64,000 nt of DNA. It comes from Clostridia bacterium. Its GTDB lineage: Bacteria; Bacillota; Clostridia; Oscillospirales; Acutalibacteraceae. The stretch is taken from NCBI GenBank assembly GCA_017624675.1, contig JAGAMO010000015.1, forward strand, positions 5,420-69,419, read 5' to 3'. Shown in pieces: positions 1 through 12,776 of this stretch. Numbering within the stretch: position 1 is the first letter of the stretch; the number at the start of each line of letters is the position of its first letter. The translations under genes were made by a program, and so were the position numbers. Under the pieces are notes generated by a model. That model did no database searches and had not been told where the DNA came from. It worked only from the letters and a program-made list of their open reading frames with translations.

Positions 1-2762
<2,762 letters not shown>

Positions 2763-2773
2763 AATATATAAAA

Positions 2774-2816
2774 ATACCGTAGAACTCAACTGTGGGTTCT
2801 ACGGTATTTTGCTTTT
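2774..2816. terminator. Bidirectional intrinsic terminator between convergent genes
   Basis: 12-bp stem ATACCGTAGAAC/GTTCTACGGTAT, with a T-run after it and an A-run before it. Confidence 0.6.
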
Positions 2817-5325
2817 AATCGATAATTTCAATAATAGTATTGTCGGTTATTTCATTATTGGATAAGACTATATATTTTGTATTGGCCAATTCATGACAAG
2901 AGGAGGTTGCAATTTTGCCGTTGACATTAAATGTTCTTTCAGCAGAATTAGTGTTTTTATAAACAACTTTAACGTTTTTACCCTTAATTTTAAGTTCAAT
3001 TTCAGCTTCGTTGGAAGGGAAATAGTTGGGGAACTCAATTTTAATTCCATCAAGATTGGGTTTAATACCAAAGCCGTAGCCAACCAATTCTTTAATTAAG
3101 GTAGTTCCGCTTCCTGTATACCAATCTCCCATAGATTCGCCATCTATAGTGTAATCGGGATTATAACAGTAGGAATTAGGCATTACAAAAGGCGTTTTTG
3201 AGCAATTTTCATGGGTGATTATAATGGATTTTTCCAATTGTTTCCACGCCATTTCGCTTTCACCTATTTCAAAGAGAGCCATTCCGCCGAAAAGGGAGGA
3301 GTGTATATATGCAGCATAATTTTCAGCAATACCGGGAGTAATGGTGGAAATTCTGCCGAAGTAGTCATAACTGTCTCCTAAAAATGGCTTATCAAAGGTT
3401 AAAAGACCATACTTGGAATCTAATGCCTTAAAGGCTTCGTGAACGGTATTTCTAATAGATGGGTCTTTTTCAGTCAAGCCGCAAATAGCCCAGAGAGAAT
3501 GAGAGGTTGAACTGATTCGTGACACGCCGTCAGGGTCGTTAAAAGAGCCTAAGAAATAAGAACGGTCATCGCCCCAACCGTGAAGAATTCTTTTCTCTCC
3601 GTTTTCATTTACAACAATTGCATTTCTTAATAGTCCGTTTTCCAGTCTGTCCTTAATATCGGAATACTTCTTAATTAAGTCATCATAACCGCCAACTTTA
3701 GTGAGCACCTCGATGAGTTCGCGACAACTTCTGTACATCTGCGCAGAAGCCATAACAGTAACGCCGTTGCCCCAACGTTTACCCGCCTTTTTGGTAGCGC
3801 CAAGTCTATCAATAGCATCGTTCCAGTCGCCGTGAAGAATGTGAAGACAATCGGTTTCATCATCTAACTCACTGCAAAGGTAGTCCATTATTCTAATTAA
3901 GTGCTCAAGCACGGTATCGGAATAATCGGTTCTAGCTTTGTAGCCCGAGTTATCTTCTTTAGCAATAAAATATGAGCATTTTTCGTTTAGGATTGAAAAA
4001 TCATTAGTGTAAGCAAGATATGCATAGAATGCCGAAATAACGAAAGGCCCTTGGTCAATGTATTCATCAAGGTCAACTTTTGGCATAACATTCGGGTCTT
4101 CGGAATATGAGAATCTCCTGGGAGGACGGCCGGTATTCAAAACGAAATTGAGTGTGTTTGCGAGTTTGTTACGGCTCTTTTTAGGTTGCCACAATAGACA
4201 ACCTTCAAGTTGCTGCATAACATCTCTCATACCGATGAGGGAACCGTCGAAATTTTTGCCCATAGCGCAAAAAGATACTTGCTTTTGCACATTCTTGATA
4301 AATCGGTTAAGTACATTGGGGTGAATATCGCCTTTGTAATCTTTAAAGGTAATATTAAATGTTGAAAGGTCTTGTGCAAACTCCTTTTCCGACTCTTCCA
4401 TCTGCTTTTCCATAGCACTGATGTCATTTTCTTCCATTAAGAAATTTTGTGCCGACTGTTCATCATGACTGTAGGAAAGCACAAGGTCAATTCTTTTTTC
4501 GTCATTGGGTTTTAAGGTATAGCAGAAAAGGTTTGCTGCAACGGGGGTATCGGTCATATTTACCGATACTTTTTCTTCTGCAAAGCAACCGTTTAATAAA
4601 GAATCGGAATTCATAGCGGCTCTGACATTACCAAAAGCACCTGTTTTACCTACTGTGTGTGAAACTTTATCAGGGTTTGCATCAAAATAGGGTTTAATAA
4701 CCATACGGTGATGCCAGTTGCGGAACAAGGTGGCGCCGTTGTGAGCCTCAGAATACTTATTCATTTTATCCCAGAAATTCTCGTGTTCCTTATTGTGCAA
4801 AATGGTTTCAAAACAAGAAAGGAAATATACTTCTTTTGCTTCTTGGGATTTGTTGATTGCGGTCGCTGTGAAAATAACCTTTTTATCCTCAGTTACAAAT
4901 ATACGCAAAGCAAAGGTAATGTTAGTAGTATCTGCAAGATACCAAGCACATTTATTTTCATAAACGGTATAACGTTTTATAGAAAGTTCTTCTAATTGCT
5001 TCGTAGTTTCAAAAATAGAAACGGGTATATATTTTTCACCGTTCTTTATGCCACCAAAGAAGTGTATAGAAGGTTCTTCACAGTAATGAATGGGTTTAAA
5101 TAGATTAAAAGTAGATTCCCAGGCTTCTATAATACCGTTGTTATAAAGCCAAACGGTTAAACCATCATAGCCGTAAGGATGTCTAGTGGAACCTTTTTCT
5201 CTTTTGCACGAAAGAATACGGTCGTTACTTAGGTAGAATGTGTTCTGAGGTAATTTTACACTCTTATCGTTACTTTTTAAAATGGATTCGATTTCATTAA
5301 TCAAAGAAATAATCTTATTTTTCAT
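2815..5325 (-). CDS. GH94-family-like glycoside phosphorylase (cellobiose/cellodextrin/chitobiose phosphorylase family)
   Basis: 836 aa, the size typical of GH94. It has an HGDWNDAIDR motif matching the catalytic-acid DWND box as I recall it, and a C-terminal WYTGSGTT segment. No signal peptide. The sequence is divergent, so substrate is unknown. Confidence 0.55.
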   Translation of the reverse strand: MKNKIISLINEIESILKSNDKSVKLPQNTFYLSNDRILSCKREKGSTRHPYGYDGLTVWLYNNGIIEAWESTFNLFKPIHYCEEPSIHFFGGIKNGEKYIPVSIFETTKQLEELSIKRYTVYENKCAWYLADTTNITFALRIFVTEDKKVIFTATAINKSQEAKEVYFLSCFETILHNKEHENFWDKMNKYSEAHNGATLFRNWHHRMVIKPYFDANPDKVSHTVGKTGAFGNVRAAMNSDSLLNGCFAEEKVSVNMTDTPVAANLFCYTLKPNDEKRIDLVLSYSHDEQSAQNFLMEENDISAMEKQMEESEKEFAQDLSTFNITFKDYKGDIHPNVLNRFIKNVQKQVSFCAMGKNFDGSLIGMRDVMQQLEGCLLWQPKKSRNKLANTLNFVLNTGRPPRRFSYSEDPNVMPKVDLDEYIDQGPFVISAFYAYLAYTNDFSILNEKCSYFIAKEDNSGYKARTDYSDTVLEHLIRIMDYLCSELDDETDCLHILHGDWNDAIDRLGATKKAGKRWGNGVTVMASAQMYRSCRELIEVLTKVGGYDDLIKKYSDIKDRLENGLLRNAIVVNENGEKRILHGWGDDRSYFLGSFNDPDGVSRISSTSHSLWAICGLTEKDPSIRNTVHEAFKALDSKYGLLTFDKPFLGDSYDYFGRISTITPGIAENYAAYIHSSLFGGMALFEIGESEMAWKQLEKSIIITHENCSKTPFVMPNSYCYNPDYTIDGESMGDWYTGSGTTLIKELVGYGFGIKPNLDGIKIEFPNYFPSNEAEIELKIKGKNVKVVYKNTNSAERTFNVNGKIATSSCHELANTKYIVLSNNEITDNTIIEIID

Positions 5326-5509
5326 TTCGACACTCCTTCTAAATTCTTTATTTTATTTTATCATAAATATTATTTAAAACTATTCAATTATATGTATTAC
5401 AAACCTCATAACAATTTTAAACAATACATTTGTATTTTAAAGAATTTACTGTTACATTCAAAAAAACAATGATATAATAACTATAATAATAAAGTTCGGA
5501 TGTGGTATT

Positions 5510-8173
5510 ATGTCGGAAATTTTTGATTTGTGTAAAGCTGTTGCTGCTGAGGGTACGGTTTTACTAAAAAATGATGAAAATTTATTGCCATTAAGCAAAG
5601 GAACAAGACTTGCGGTTTTCGGCAGAATGCAAACCTCCTACTATCGCAGCGGCACAGGCTCCGGCGGTGGCGTTGCTTTAAGGGAAATACCTTGTATTCT
5701 GAATTCTTTAAAAGCAAATTCTGACTTGGTTTTAGATGAAAATTTAATAAATATTTATACCGAATGGGTAAAGAAAAATCCATTTGATGATGGTGGCGGT
5801 GTATGGGCAGGGGAGCCTTGGCACCAAAAAGAAATGCCTGTTAGCGATGAGCTAGTACAAAATGCTGCTTTAAATAATGATGTTGCTCTTGTAATCATTG
5901 GTAGAACTGCGGGCGAAGATCATGATAACGCCGATGTTGAGGGAAGCTATAGACTTACCGAAGCCGAAGAAGATATGCTTTCTAAAGTCAGCAGTTATTT
6001 TAAAAGGATTATCGTAGCTTTAAATGTCGGCAATGTGATAGACCTTTCTTTTATAGATAAGTACAGTCCTCAATCTGTTTTGTATATTTGGCAGGGAGGT
6101 ATGCAGGGCGCAAATGCTTTTGCTGAAATTTTAAGCGGTAAAATGTATCCTTCGGGCAAGCTTTCGGATACACAGGTTTACAGCCTGAATGAGCATCCTA
6201 CAAACACATCCTTTGGAAAAACAGATAAAATTATTTATGATGATGATATTTATGTGGGTTACCGCTATTTTGAAACTTTTGCAAAGGAAAATGTGAGATA
6301 CCCCTTTGGTTACGGACTATCATATGCTGAATTTGACACTTCATATAGTGCTACGAGTAATAGTGATTTTATAACCATAAACGCAAATGTAAAAAATATT
6401 GGCAATTTCTGTGGTAAAGAGATAATTCAGGTATACTTTGAAGCACCCGAAAGCGATATGGGAAGCCCCTCAAGGCAGTTGGTAGAATTTGCAAAAACTA
6501 AGGAACTGGCTCCTTGCGATAGCGATGAATTAACCTTGCGTTTTCCCATAAACCGAATGGCAGCCTTTGATGACACGGGTATAACGGGAAACAAATCTGC
6601 GTATGTGTTATTAAAAGGCGACTACCGAATTTATGTAGGTACCGATGTCAGAAATGCAAAGTGCATTTTTACATACAATGTACCAAGCACCAGGGTTATC
6701 GAACAATTAAGTTCTGCTATGGCACCGTATGTCGATTTAGATGTAATAAAGGCTGAAAAGAAAAACGATGATTATGTAATCGGACACCGTAGCATTAAAG
6801 GACAAACGGCAAATATTGAAAGCTTTAAAACTGATTTTGAGGAGCTCTCATTTAGCGGCGATAAAAATATAAAGCTTTCGGATGTATATGAAGAAAAGCA
6901 CAGTTTAGATGAGTTTGTTGCACAATTAAATGATGTGGAGCTTGCTGCTTTAGTTTGTGGCGAGGGTATATGCAGCCCTAAAGTTACCGCAGGTGCGGCA
7001 GGTGCCTTGGGCGGTCTAACCGAAAGCCTGTCATATTACGGAATACCTGCCTGCTGTGTGGCGGATGGACCTTCCGGCATAAAAATCAGCAAGGAATATG
7101 AAACCTCATTAACCCCCAACGGAACAATGCTTGCATGTACTTGGAATACCGAAATAGTAGAAGGACTTTTTGAGGAAATCGGTCAGGAACTTAAAAGATA
7201 TGAGGTAGATTCGCTTTTAGGACCAGGTCTAAACATACATAGAAGTCCTTTATGCGGAAGAAATTTTGAATATTTTTCGGAAGATCCATATCTGAGTGGA
7301 AAAATGGGCGCATATATTACAAGAGGTATCGCCGAGCATGGCACCTATTCCACTATTAAACATCTCTGCTGTAATAATCAGGAAAAAAGAAGATCAGATT
7401 ACGATGTTGCAGTAACCGAAAGAGCACTTAGGGAAATATATTTAAAGCCTTTTGAAATCGCAGTTAAAGAGGGAAAAAATGTCTTGATAATGACCTCTTA
7501 CAATTCGGTTAACGGTTTTTGGTCGGCATCAAATTATGAATTAACCGCAAAGATTTTAAAAGGTGAGTGGGGATTTAATAATATCGTTATGACCGACTGG
7601 TGGGCAAAATGTAACGCAAATCAAGGAGATTGGGGAAGTACAAACCGTCTTGATGTAATGGTACGCTCGCAGAATGATTTGTATATGGTAGCTCCCGATA
7701 CATTGGTGAAATCCGGTAGCGTGCTTAATGGACTCGAAAAGGGGACTATTACAAGGGCTCAGCTTCAACTTTCCTGTAAACGAATTTTAGAATGGATTTT
7801 AAAAACCAATACCTTTGAGGCATATATTGAGCGGGGCTCTAAACCAAAATATCCAATTGCTATAAATGCTGACAATATGACTGAGGTTGACAGCATTCTA
7901 AATGTTGAATCGGATAAAGATTATGTTATAAATATCAAATCGAATAGTGATGCTGCATTTGTATTTAAACTTTCAAGCGACTTAGATTCTTTGGCACAGC
8001 TACCTATTTCTGTTAAGGTTGATAATTCAGAATTTTTAATAACTATAAACGGTACTGAAGGCGCTGAAATTGAGGTTACCAGACTTCTTAGAATCGATTG
8101 GTGGAAGGAACATAAGATAACATTAAGTTTTTCAAATGCAGTTTTGGTTAAAGGCATTTCCATAAAACAATAA
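5510..8173 (+). CDS. GH3 beta-glucosidase-family enzyme with permuted domain order
   Basis: The N-terminus carries the GH3 alpha/beta-sandwich start (LLKNDENLLPL) through PFGYGLSY, then an Fn3-like segment (GKEIIQVYFEAPES). The TIM-barrel motifs (KHLCCNNQE, MTSYNSVNG, nucleophile-like MTDWW) come only after about residue 480. Confidence 0.8.
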   Translation: MSEIFDLCKAVAAEGTVLLKNDENLLPLSKGTRLAVFGRMQTSYYRSGTGSGGGVALREIPCILNSLKANSDLVLDENLINIYTEWVKKNPFDDGGGVWAGEPWHQKEMPVSDELVQNAALNNDVALVIIGRTAGEDHDNADVEGSYRLTEAEEDMLSKVSSYFKRIIVALNVGNVIDLSFIDKYSPQSVLYIWQGGMQGANAFAEILSGKMYPSGKLSDTQVYSLNEHPTNTSFGKTDKIIYDDDIYVGYRYFETFAKENVRYPFGYGLSYAEFDTSYSATSNSDFITINANVKNIGNFCGKEIIQVYFEAPESDMGSPSRQLVEFAKTKELAPCDSDELTLRFPINRMAAFDDTGITGNKSAYVLLKGDYRIYVGTDVRNAKCIFTYNVPSTRVIEQLSSAMAPYVDLDVIKAEKKNDDYVIGHRSIKGQTANIESFKTDFEELSFSGDKNIKLSDVYEEKHSLDEFVAQLNDVELAALVCGEGICSPKVTAGAAGALGGLTESLSYYGIPACCVADGPSGIKISKEYETSLTPNGTMLACTWNTEIVEGLFEEIGQELKRYEVDSLLGPGLNIHRSPLCGRNFEYFSEDPYLSGKMGAYITRGIAEHGTYSTIKHLCCNNQEKRRSDYDVAVTERALREIYLKPFEIAVKEGKNVLIMTSYNSVNGFWSASNYELTAKILKGEWGFNNIVMTDWWAKCNANQGDWGSTNRLDVMVRSQNDLYMVAPDTLVKSGSVLNGLEKGTITRAQLQLSCKRILEWILKTNTFEAYIERGSKPKYPIAINADNMTEVDSILNVESDKDYVINIKSNSDAAFVFKLSSDLDSLAQLPISVKVDNSEFLITINGTEGAEIEVTRLLRIDWWKEHKITLSFSNAVLVKGISIKQ

Positions 8174-8194
8174 ATTCAGAAAAGAGGATAAATA

Positions 8195-9358
8195 ATGGGA
8201 AAATATTTTAAATGTTTTACAGATAAAAACCCTGTGTCATACAAATTGGGCGAAGAAATCACTTTTACAATTTTTGCAAGGGAAGATGGCAAAAATATTG
8301 CGTGTGAAAAACTTGAATGGGAAATGCGAGGAGATGACGGTGGCAATATCAAGGGTACTGCCACTATTACTGAAGAAAATCCAATGGTAGTTAAATACAC
8401 CTTAAAGAGGGCAGGTTTCGTTCATCTTAACTGTGTGGCTCTCGACGAAAATGGTGAAAAAATTGAGAACTTTGACCCGTTAGATGCTTCTGCAGGCGTT
8501 AATGTTCTCGAGCTTACTTATTCGGATACTGTGCCTGAGGACTTTGACGAGTATTGGGCGCAAATTGAAAAACTAGTTGCAGATTTTGAAACAGAGGTTT
8601 TGTATTTAAAAGAAAGCAACAGACGTGAGGGTTATAAAACCTATGAAGTACGAATTAAAACTCCGTCTGGCAGACCTGCTTCGGGGAGCGTTTCAATACC
8701 TATAAAGGACGGAAAATTTCCTATTCGCATTTCGTTTTTGGGATACGGTCTTCATGCGGCCGGTTATGTGTATGATGAAAATATGATTTGCGGCAACTTT
8801 AATGCACATGGTTTTGAAAACGAACCGTGGGACCAAATCGAGACCAAATATGGTAAAGAGCTTAGTATGTACGGATTTAATAATGAGGAAAATGCCTCGA
8901 ATATGACTACATATTTTAGAAATATGATGATAAGAAATCTTATTGCACTTAAATACTTAAAAACTTTACCGGAATGGAATAAAAAAGATATACTATCTAT
9001 CGGTGGCAGTCAGGGTGGATTACAAGCTATAACTGTTGCAGCTCACGATAAGGATGTAACTGAAGTTACTGTTGATAGACCATGGTTTTGTGATCTTAAT
9101 TCCGTTAATGAAGGATATATGAGAGGTTGGAGACCCGATTTTGCAGAGGGACTAAGATATTTTGATACAGTTGCACAAGGTATGCATCTCAAATGCCCCA
9201 TAACAATTATGTGCCATTTAGGAGATTATACCTGTCCGCCCAAAACCGTTATGGCATTATATAATTCCGTAAAAACTGATAAAAAGATTAAGTTTATGCA
9301 AAGCGCAAGACATAGCTATTTCCCACCTGAGAATGAGGAGATAAGCGCTGAGTTTTAA
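8195..9358 (+). CDS. CE7-like acetyl esterase (acetylxylan esterase / cephalosporin-C deacetylase family) with an extra N-terminal domain
   Basis: GGSQGG nucleophile elbow (GxSQG), PEDFDEYW at the start of the esterase core, and C-terminal Asp/His candidates. About 110 extra N-terminal residues. Confidence 0.65.
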   Translation: MGKYFKCFTDKNPVSYKLGEEITFTIFAREDGKNIACEKLEWEMRGDDGGNIKGTATITEENPMVVKYTLKRAGFVHLNCVALDENGEKIENFDPLDASAGVNVLELTYSDTVPEDFDEYWAQIEKLVADFETEVLYLKESNRREGYKTYEVRIKTPSGRPASGSVSIPIKDGKFPIRISFLGYGLHAAGYVYDENMICGNFNAHGFENEPWDQIETKYGKELSMYGFNNEENASNMTTYFRNMMIRNLIALKYLKTLPEWNKKDILSIGGSQGGLQAITVAAHDKDVTEVTVDRPWFCDLNSVNEGYMRGWRPDFAEGLRYFDTVAQGMHLKCPITIMCHLGDYTCPPKTVMALYNSVKTDKKIKFMQSARHSYFPPENEEISAEF

Positions 9359-9381
9359 AAGCATATAAACAGGGTGATTTT

Positions 9382-10077
9382 ATGCCATTTAACAACAATT
9401 ATAAAAAAGCAATAACTTTTAGTTTTGACGATGGTAACATTGATGATGTTAGACTTATCGAGATTTTAAACAAATATAATCTTAAAGCAACTTTTAATCT
9501 AAATTCAAGTATGTTGGCAGATAGTTTCGTTTGGAAATACAATGATATTAAAGATGTACATCATATAAATTATAGTGAATTTCCTGATTTATATAACGGC
9601 CATGAGGTTGCTGCACACACTGTACGGCATCCTCATTTGGAAAGTTTGTCTTATATAGCAAAGAAGAACGAGATACAGTTAGACCAAATATATTTAAAAG
9701 CATTATATGGATATGATATTTGTGGTATGGCACTTCCTTTTGGTTCATATGATGATGAAGTGGTAAAGGTACTAAAAGAACTTAATATTTTGTATTGTAG
9801 AACTACAAAGCCTACTTATAAATTTGATGTCCCTGATTGTTTACCGCTTTTGCATCCTACCTGTCACTTTAGATATAAAGATTTAGATAAGCTTACGGAT
9901 GAATTTTTAAACGCTCAAAACGATGAAGATATGCTGTTCTATATTTGGGGACATAGTTATGAGCTCGTAACCGAAGAAAATTGGGCAGAATTCGAAGTGT
10001 TTTGCAGTAAAATTTCTAACCGTGATGATATCTATTACTGCACAAATAAGGAAGCAATATTAAACCATACAAATTAA
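9382..10077 (+). CDS. Polysaccharide deacetylase family (CE4-like) protein
   Basis: ITFSFDDGNIDD (the Asp-Asp metal/catalytic motif) and a HTVRHPHL His motif. 231 aa, no signal peptide. Confidence 0.6.
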   Translation: MPFNNNYKKAITFSFDDGNIDDVRLIEILNKYNLKATFNLNSSMLADSFVWKYNDIKDVHHINYSEFPDLYNGHEVAAHTVRHPHLESLSYIAKKNEIQLDQIYLKALYGYDICGMALPFGSYDDEVVKVLKELNILYCRTTKPTYKFDVPDCLPLLHPTCHFRYKDLDKLTDEFLNAQNDEDMLFYIWGHSYELVTEENWAEFEVFCSKISNRDDIYYCTNKEAILNHTN

Positions 10078-10082
10078 GAAAA

Positions 10083-12275
10083 GTGAAAATTATGGACATT
10101 ATATATATTCAAAATAACCAATTCCAACTGAATACTTTAAATACAAGCTATGTAATGCACAATGAAAACGGTGTATTATGTCATACTTATTACGGTCAAA
10201 GATTGCCTGATATGGATCACGGCTATATGGCAAAGCGTTGTAGATATAACGGTGATTTTCAGTCAAATATAAGTGAGAATGTACCAACCTTGGATAATGC
10301 GTTACTTGAATATCCTGTTTTCGGCGATGGCGGAATCACACATCCTGCACTTGAAGTATTAAATGCTGACGGTACGAATTTTGTGGATTTACGCGTGGTT
10401 GATTATATCGTACATAATGGCAAGCCTGCAATTGACGATTTGCCTGCATCATATTGCGAAAATGGCGATAAGGTTAAAACCTTGGAAATCAAAACCAAAG
10501 ATGAAGTAAGCGGGGTAGAAGCCAGACTTTTCTATGCTGTTTTTTATGATTATGATGTTATTACTCGTTGGGTGAAGATTACTAATAACGGTAAAAACGC
10601 AATAACCCTGCTTAAAGCTTTAAGTGGTAATATCGCTTTTGATAACAAAAATTATGATGTTATCACAAACTTTGGCACATGGGCGAGAGAAAGACAAATC
10701 GAAAGAGCACCGCTTTTGCATTCGGGTGCTATCGTTGAATCTAACTGTGGTTCGAGCTCTCACTATGCAAACCCCTTTATAATTATGGCAGAGCATAACA
10801 CCACCGAGCATAGTGGTGAATCAATAGGCATAGCCCTCGCTTATTCGGGTAACCATAAAATGAGTGCGAATTTAAGCAGGTATAATGTTGTGAATCTGTC
10901 TGCAGGAATATCGCCTGATAATTTCCGTTGGAATTTAGAACAAGGTGAGAGTTTTTCTACACCCGAACTCGTAATTTCCTTTAGTGGCAACGGTTTGAAC
11001 GGTTTGTCTCAAAATTTTCATACACTTATTAAAAATAGAGTATGCCGTGGCATTTACAGGGATAAAAAACGCCCTGTACTTCTTAATCTTTGGGAAGCTT
11101 GCTACTTCGATTTTACCGATGAAACAATAAAAAAAGCCGCCGATTCGGCAGCGGATTTGGGTATCGAATTACTCGTTATTGATGACGGTTGGTTTGGTAA
11201 AAGAAATAACGATCATACTTCACTCGGCGACTGGAACGTTAATGAAGATAAAATCAAATGTGGTCTTGCAGACCTTTGCGAATATGTAAATTCTAAAGGC
11301 TTAATGCTTGGTATTTGGTTTGAACCTGAAATGGTTTCACCCGAAAGTGAACTTATTAAAAAACATCCTGAATGGGTAATGCAGATAAGGGGTAGAAAAC
11401 CCACCGAAACCCGTTGGCAGTTAATGCTTGACCTTACAAATCCAGAGGTTTGCGATTTTGTTTATGATAGCGTGGCATATGTTCTTAAAAATACAAATAT
11501 CCAATATGTAAAATGGGATTATAACAGAACAATGGCGCATATCGGCTCGGCATATCTCAAAGCAGAGCAGATGGGTGAATATTATCATAGATACATATTA
11601 GGACTATACGGTGTTCTTGACCGTCTCACAACCGATTTCCCGAATGTTTTATTTGAGGGTTGTGCTTCTGGCGGTGGTAGATTTGATATTGGTATGCTAT
11701 ATTATACACCACAAATTTGGACAAGTGATGACACAGATGCTGTTGAGCGTGTAGAAATTCAGTATGGCACATCCCTTATTTATCCTATGAGCTGTCAGTC
11801 GGCGCATGTGTCTGTATGTCCTAATCACCAAACAGGCAGAACAGTATCAATGCAAGCACGACATATATTTGCTCTCACAGGCTCTTTCGGTTATGAACTT
11901 GCTCCTGAGAAAATCGCCGATAATGATAGGGAATATATTAAAGAGTTTATTAAGTTTTATAATGATAACTTTGATGTTTTCCAAAGCGGTAAGTATTATA
12001 GATTAACAAATCCCACAAATGACGATTTCGCAGTCTTCCAATATGTTTATAATGGCAGAGTAATTGTGGGTGCTATGCAGATGTCAAATCATGCTGTTAA
12101 TTTGCAGAATACCGTAAGACTTAAAGGCTTGGAACCAAACGGAATATATTTAAACAAGGCAACAGGTAAAAAGTATTGCGGAAGCCAACTTATGCAGTTT
12201 GGTTTGCCACTAAATGTTTGCACAGGTAAAAACGATTATTGTGCATTTGTATGGGACCTTTCGCTATGTGATTAA
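10083..12275 (+). CDS. GH36 alpha-galactosidase
   Basis: 730 aa with DDGWFGKRNNDHTSLGDW, KWDYNR and CASGGGRFD motifs typical of AgaA/RafA-type GH36. Start is GTG at 10083, or ATG at 10092. Confidence 0.9.
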   Translation: MKIMDIIYIQNNQFQLNTLNTSYVMHNENGVLCHTYYGQRLPDMDHGYMAKRCRYNGDFQSNISENVPTLDNALLEYPVFGDGGITHPALEVLNADGTNFVDLRVVDYIVHNGKPAIDDLPASYCENGDKVKTLEIKTKDEVSGVEARLFYAVFYDYDVITRWVKITNNGKNAITLLKALSGNIAFDNKNYDVITNFGTWARERQIERAPLLHSGAIVESNCGSSSHYANPFIIMAEHNTTEHSGESIGIALAYSGNHKMSANLSRYNVVNLSAGISPDNFRWNLEQGESFSTPELVISFSGNGLNGLSQNFHTLIKNRVCRGIYRDKKRPVLLNLWEACYFDFTDETIKKAADSAADLGIELLVIDDGWFGKRNNDHTSLGDWNVNEDKIKCGLADLCEYVNSKGLMLGIWFEPEMVSPESELIKKHPEWVMQIRGRKPTETRWQLMLDLTNPEVCDFVYDSVAYVLKNTNIQYVKWDYNRTMAHIGSAYLKAEQMGEYYHRYILGLYGVLDRLTTDFPNVLFEGCASGGGRFDIGMLYYTPQIWTSDDTDAVERVEIQYGTSLIYPMSCQSAHVSVCPNHQTGRTVSMQARHIFALTGSFGYELAPEKIADNDREYIKEFIKFYNDNFDVFQSGKYYRLTNPTNDDFAVFQYVYNGRVIVGAMQMSNHAVNLQNTVRLKGLEPNGIYLNKATGKKYCGSQLMQFGLPLNVCTGKNDYCAFVWDLSLCD

Positions 12276-12291
12276 ACTTTATAAATTTAAA

Positions 12292-12329
12292 ACACCCGAC
12301 TGAGTTTATCAGTCGGGTGTTTCTTTTCG
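12292..12329 (+). terminator. Intrinsic terminator after the alpha-galactosidase gene
   Basis: Stem ACACCCGACTG/CAGTCGGGTGT followed by TTCTTTTC. Confidence 0.8.
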
Positions 12330-12337
12330 TATAAGAA

Positions 12338-12356
12338 CCACTGGCTCTGCCAGTGG
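12338..12356. repeat. GC-rich perfect hairpin H1 (8-bp stem, 3-nt loop)
   Basis: CCACTGGC-TCT-GCCAGTGG. Related to hairpin H2 at 17105-17123 by compensatory substitutions. Confidence 0.5.
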
Positions 12357-12679
12357 GCAAAAAAGCTTTAGCTATGGAAATAATAAAAACTTCTGATTCT
12401 TACGAATGAGGAGTTTTCTTAATTCGCAAATGTGCAATATGCCTACGGCATATGAAGAAACGAATTTTATTTCACTTTCTGCGTTAGAAGAAAATTTCAT
12501 AATTCGCAATAGTGAATTATTTCATATTTTTCGCAAGGAAAATATTTCATCAAATATAATCACTCCGCCAGCGGCGGAATATAACTAAAATATCCGTCAA
12601 GATGGATTCTAACGACGTAAGTTTTAATTATTACATTAGCTAAGAAGTATTTATGATTAATGAATTAAAATCTTCAAAC

Positions 12680-12708
12680 TTGACATTTACATTTTAATGT
12701 TATATAAT
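12680..12708 (+). promoter_or_regulatory. Consensus sigma-A promoter of the glp operon
   Basis: TTGACA (12680-12685), 17-nt spacer, TATAAT (12703-12708). Confidence 0.75.
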
Positions 12709-12731
12709 GATTGGGCTGAGATTTATGAGAA

Positions 12732-12776
12732 GCAAGGTTTACAGGGGATTACTGTATCCTTGCCTTTTTCTTTTTT
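12732..12776 (+). promoter_or_regulatory. Leader terminator upstream of glpP (candidate antitermination site)
   Basis: GCAAGG...ACAG / CTGT...CCTTGC hairpin followed by CTTTTTCTTTTTT. It lies between the promoter and the glpP ATG. Confidence 0.65.

Noticed and set aside
5423-5436. AATACA-TT-TGTATT palindrome in the divergent GH94-like/GH3 promoter region as a possible operator.
   Set aside because: It is a short palindrome in a very AT-rich region with no second copy and no regulator gene nearby. It is indistinguishable from chance.
12406-12588. 60-aa plus-strand ORF in the aga-glp intergenic region.
   Set aside because: It has no RBS at a usable distance and no recognisable fold or motif. 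It also coincides with degenerate A/T-rich repeats. I treat it as non-coding.
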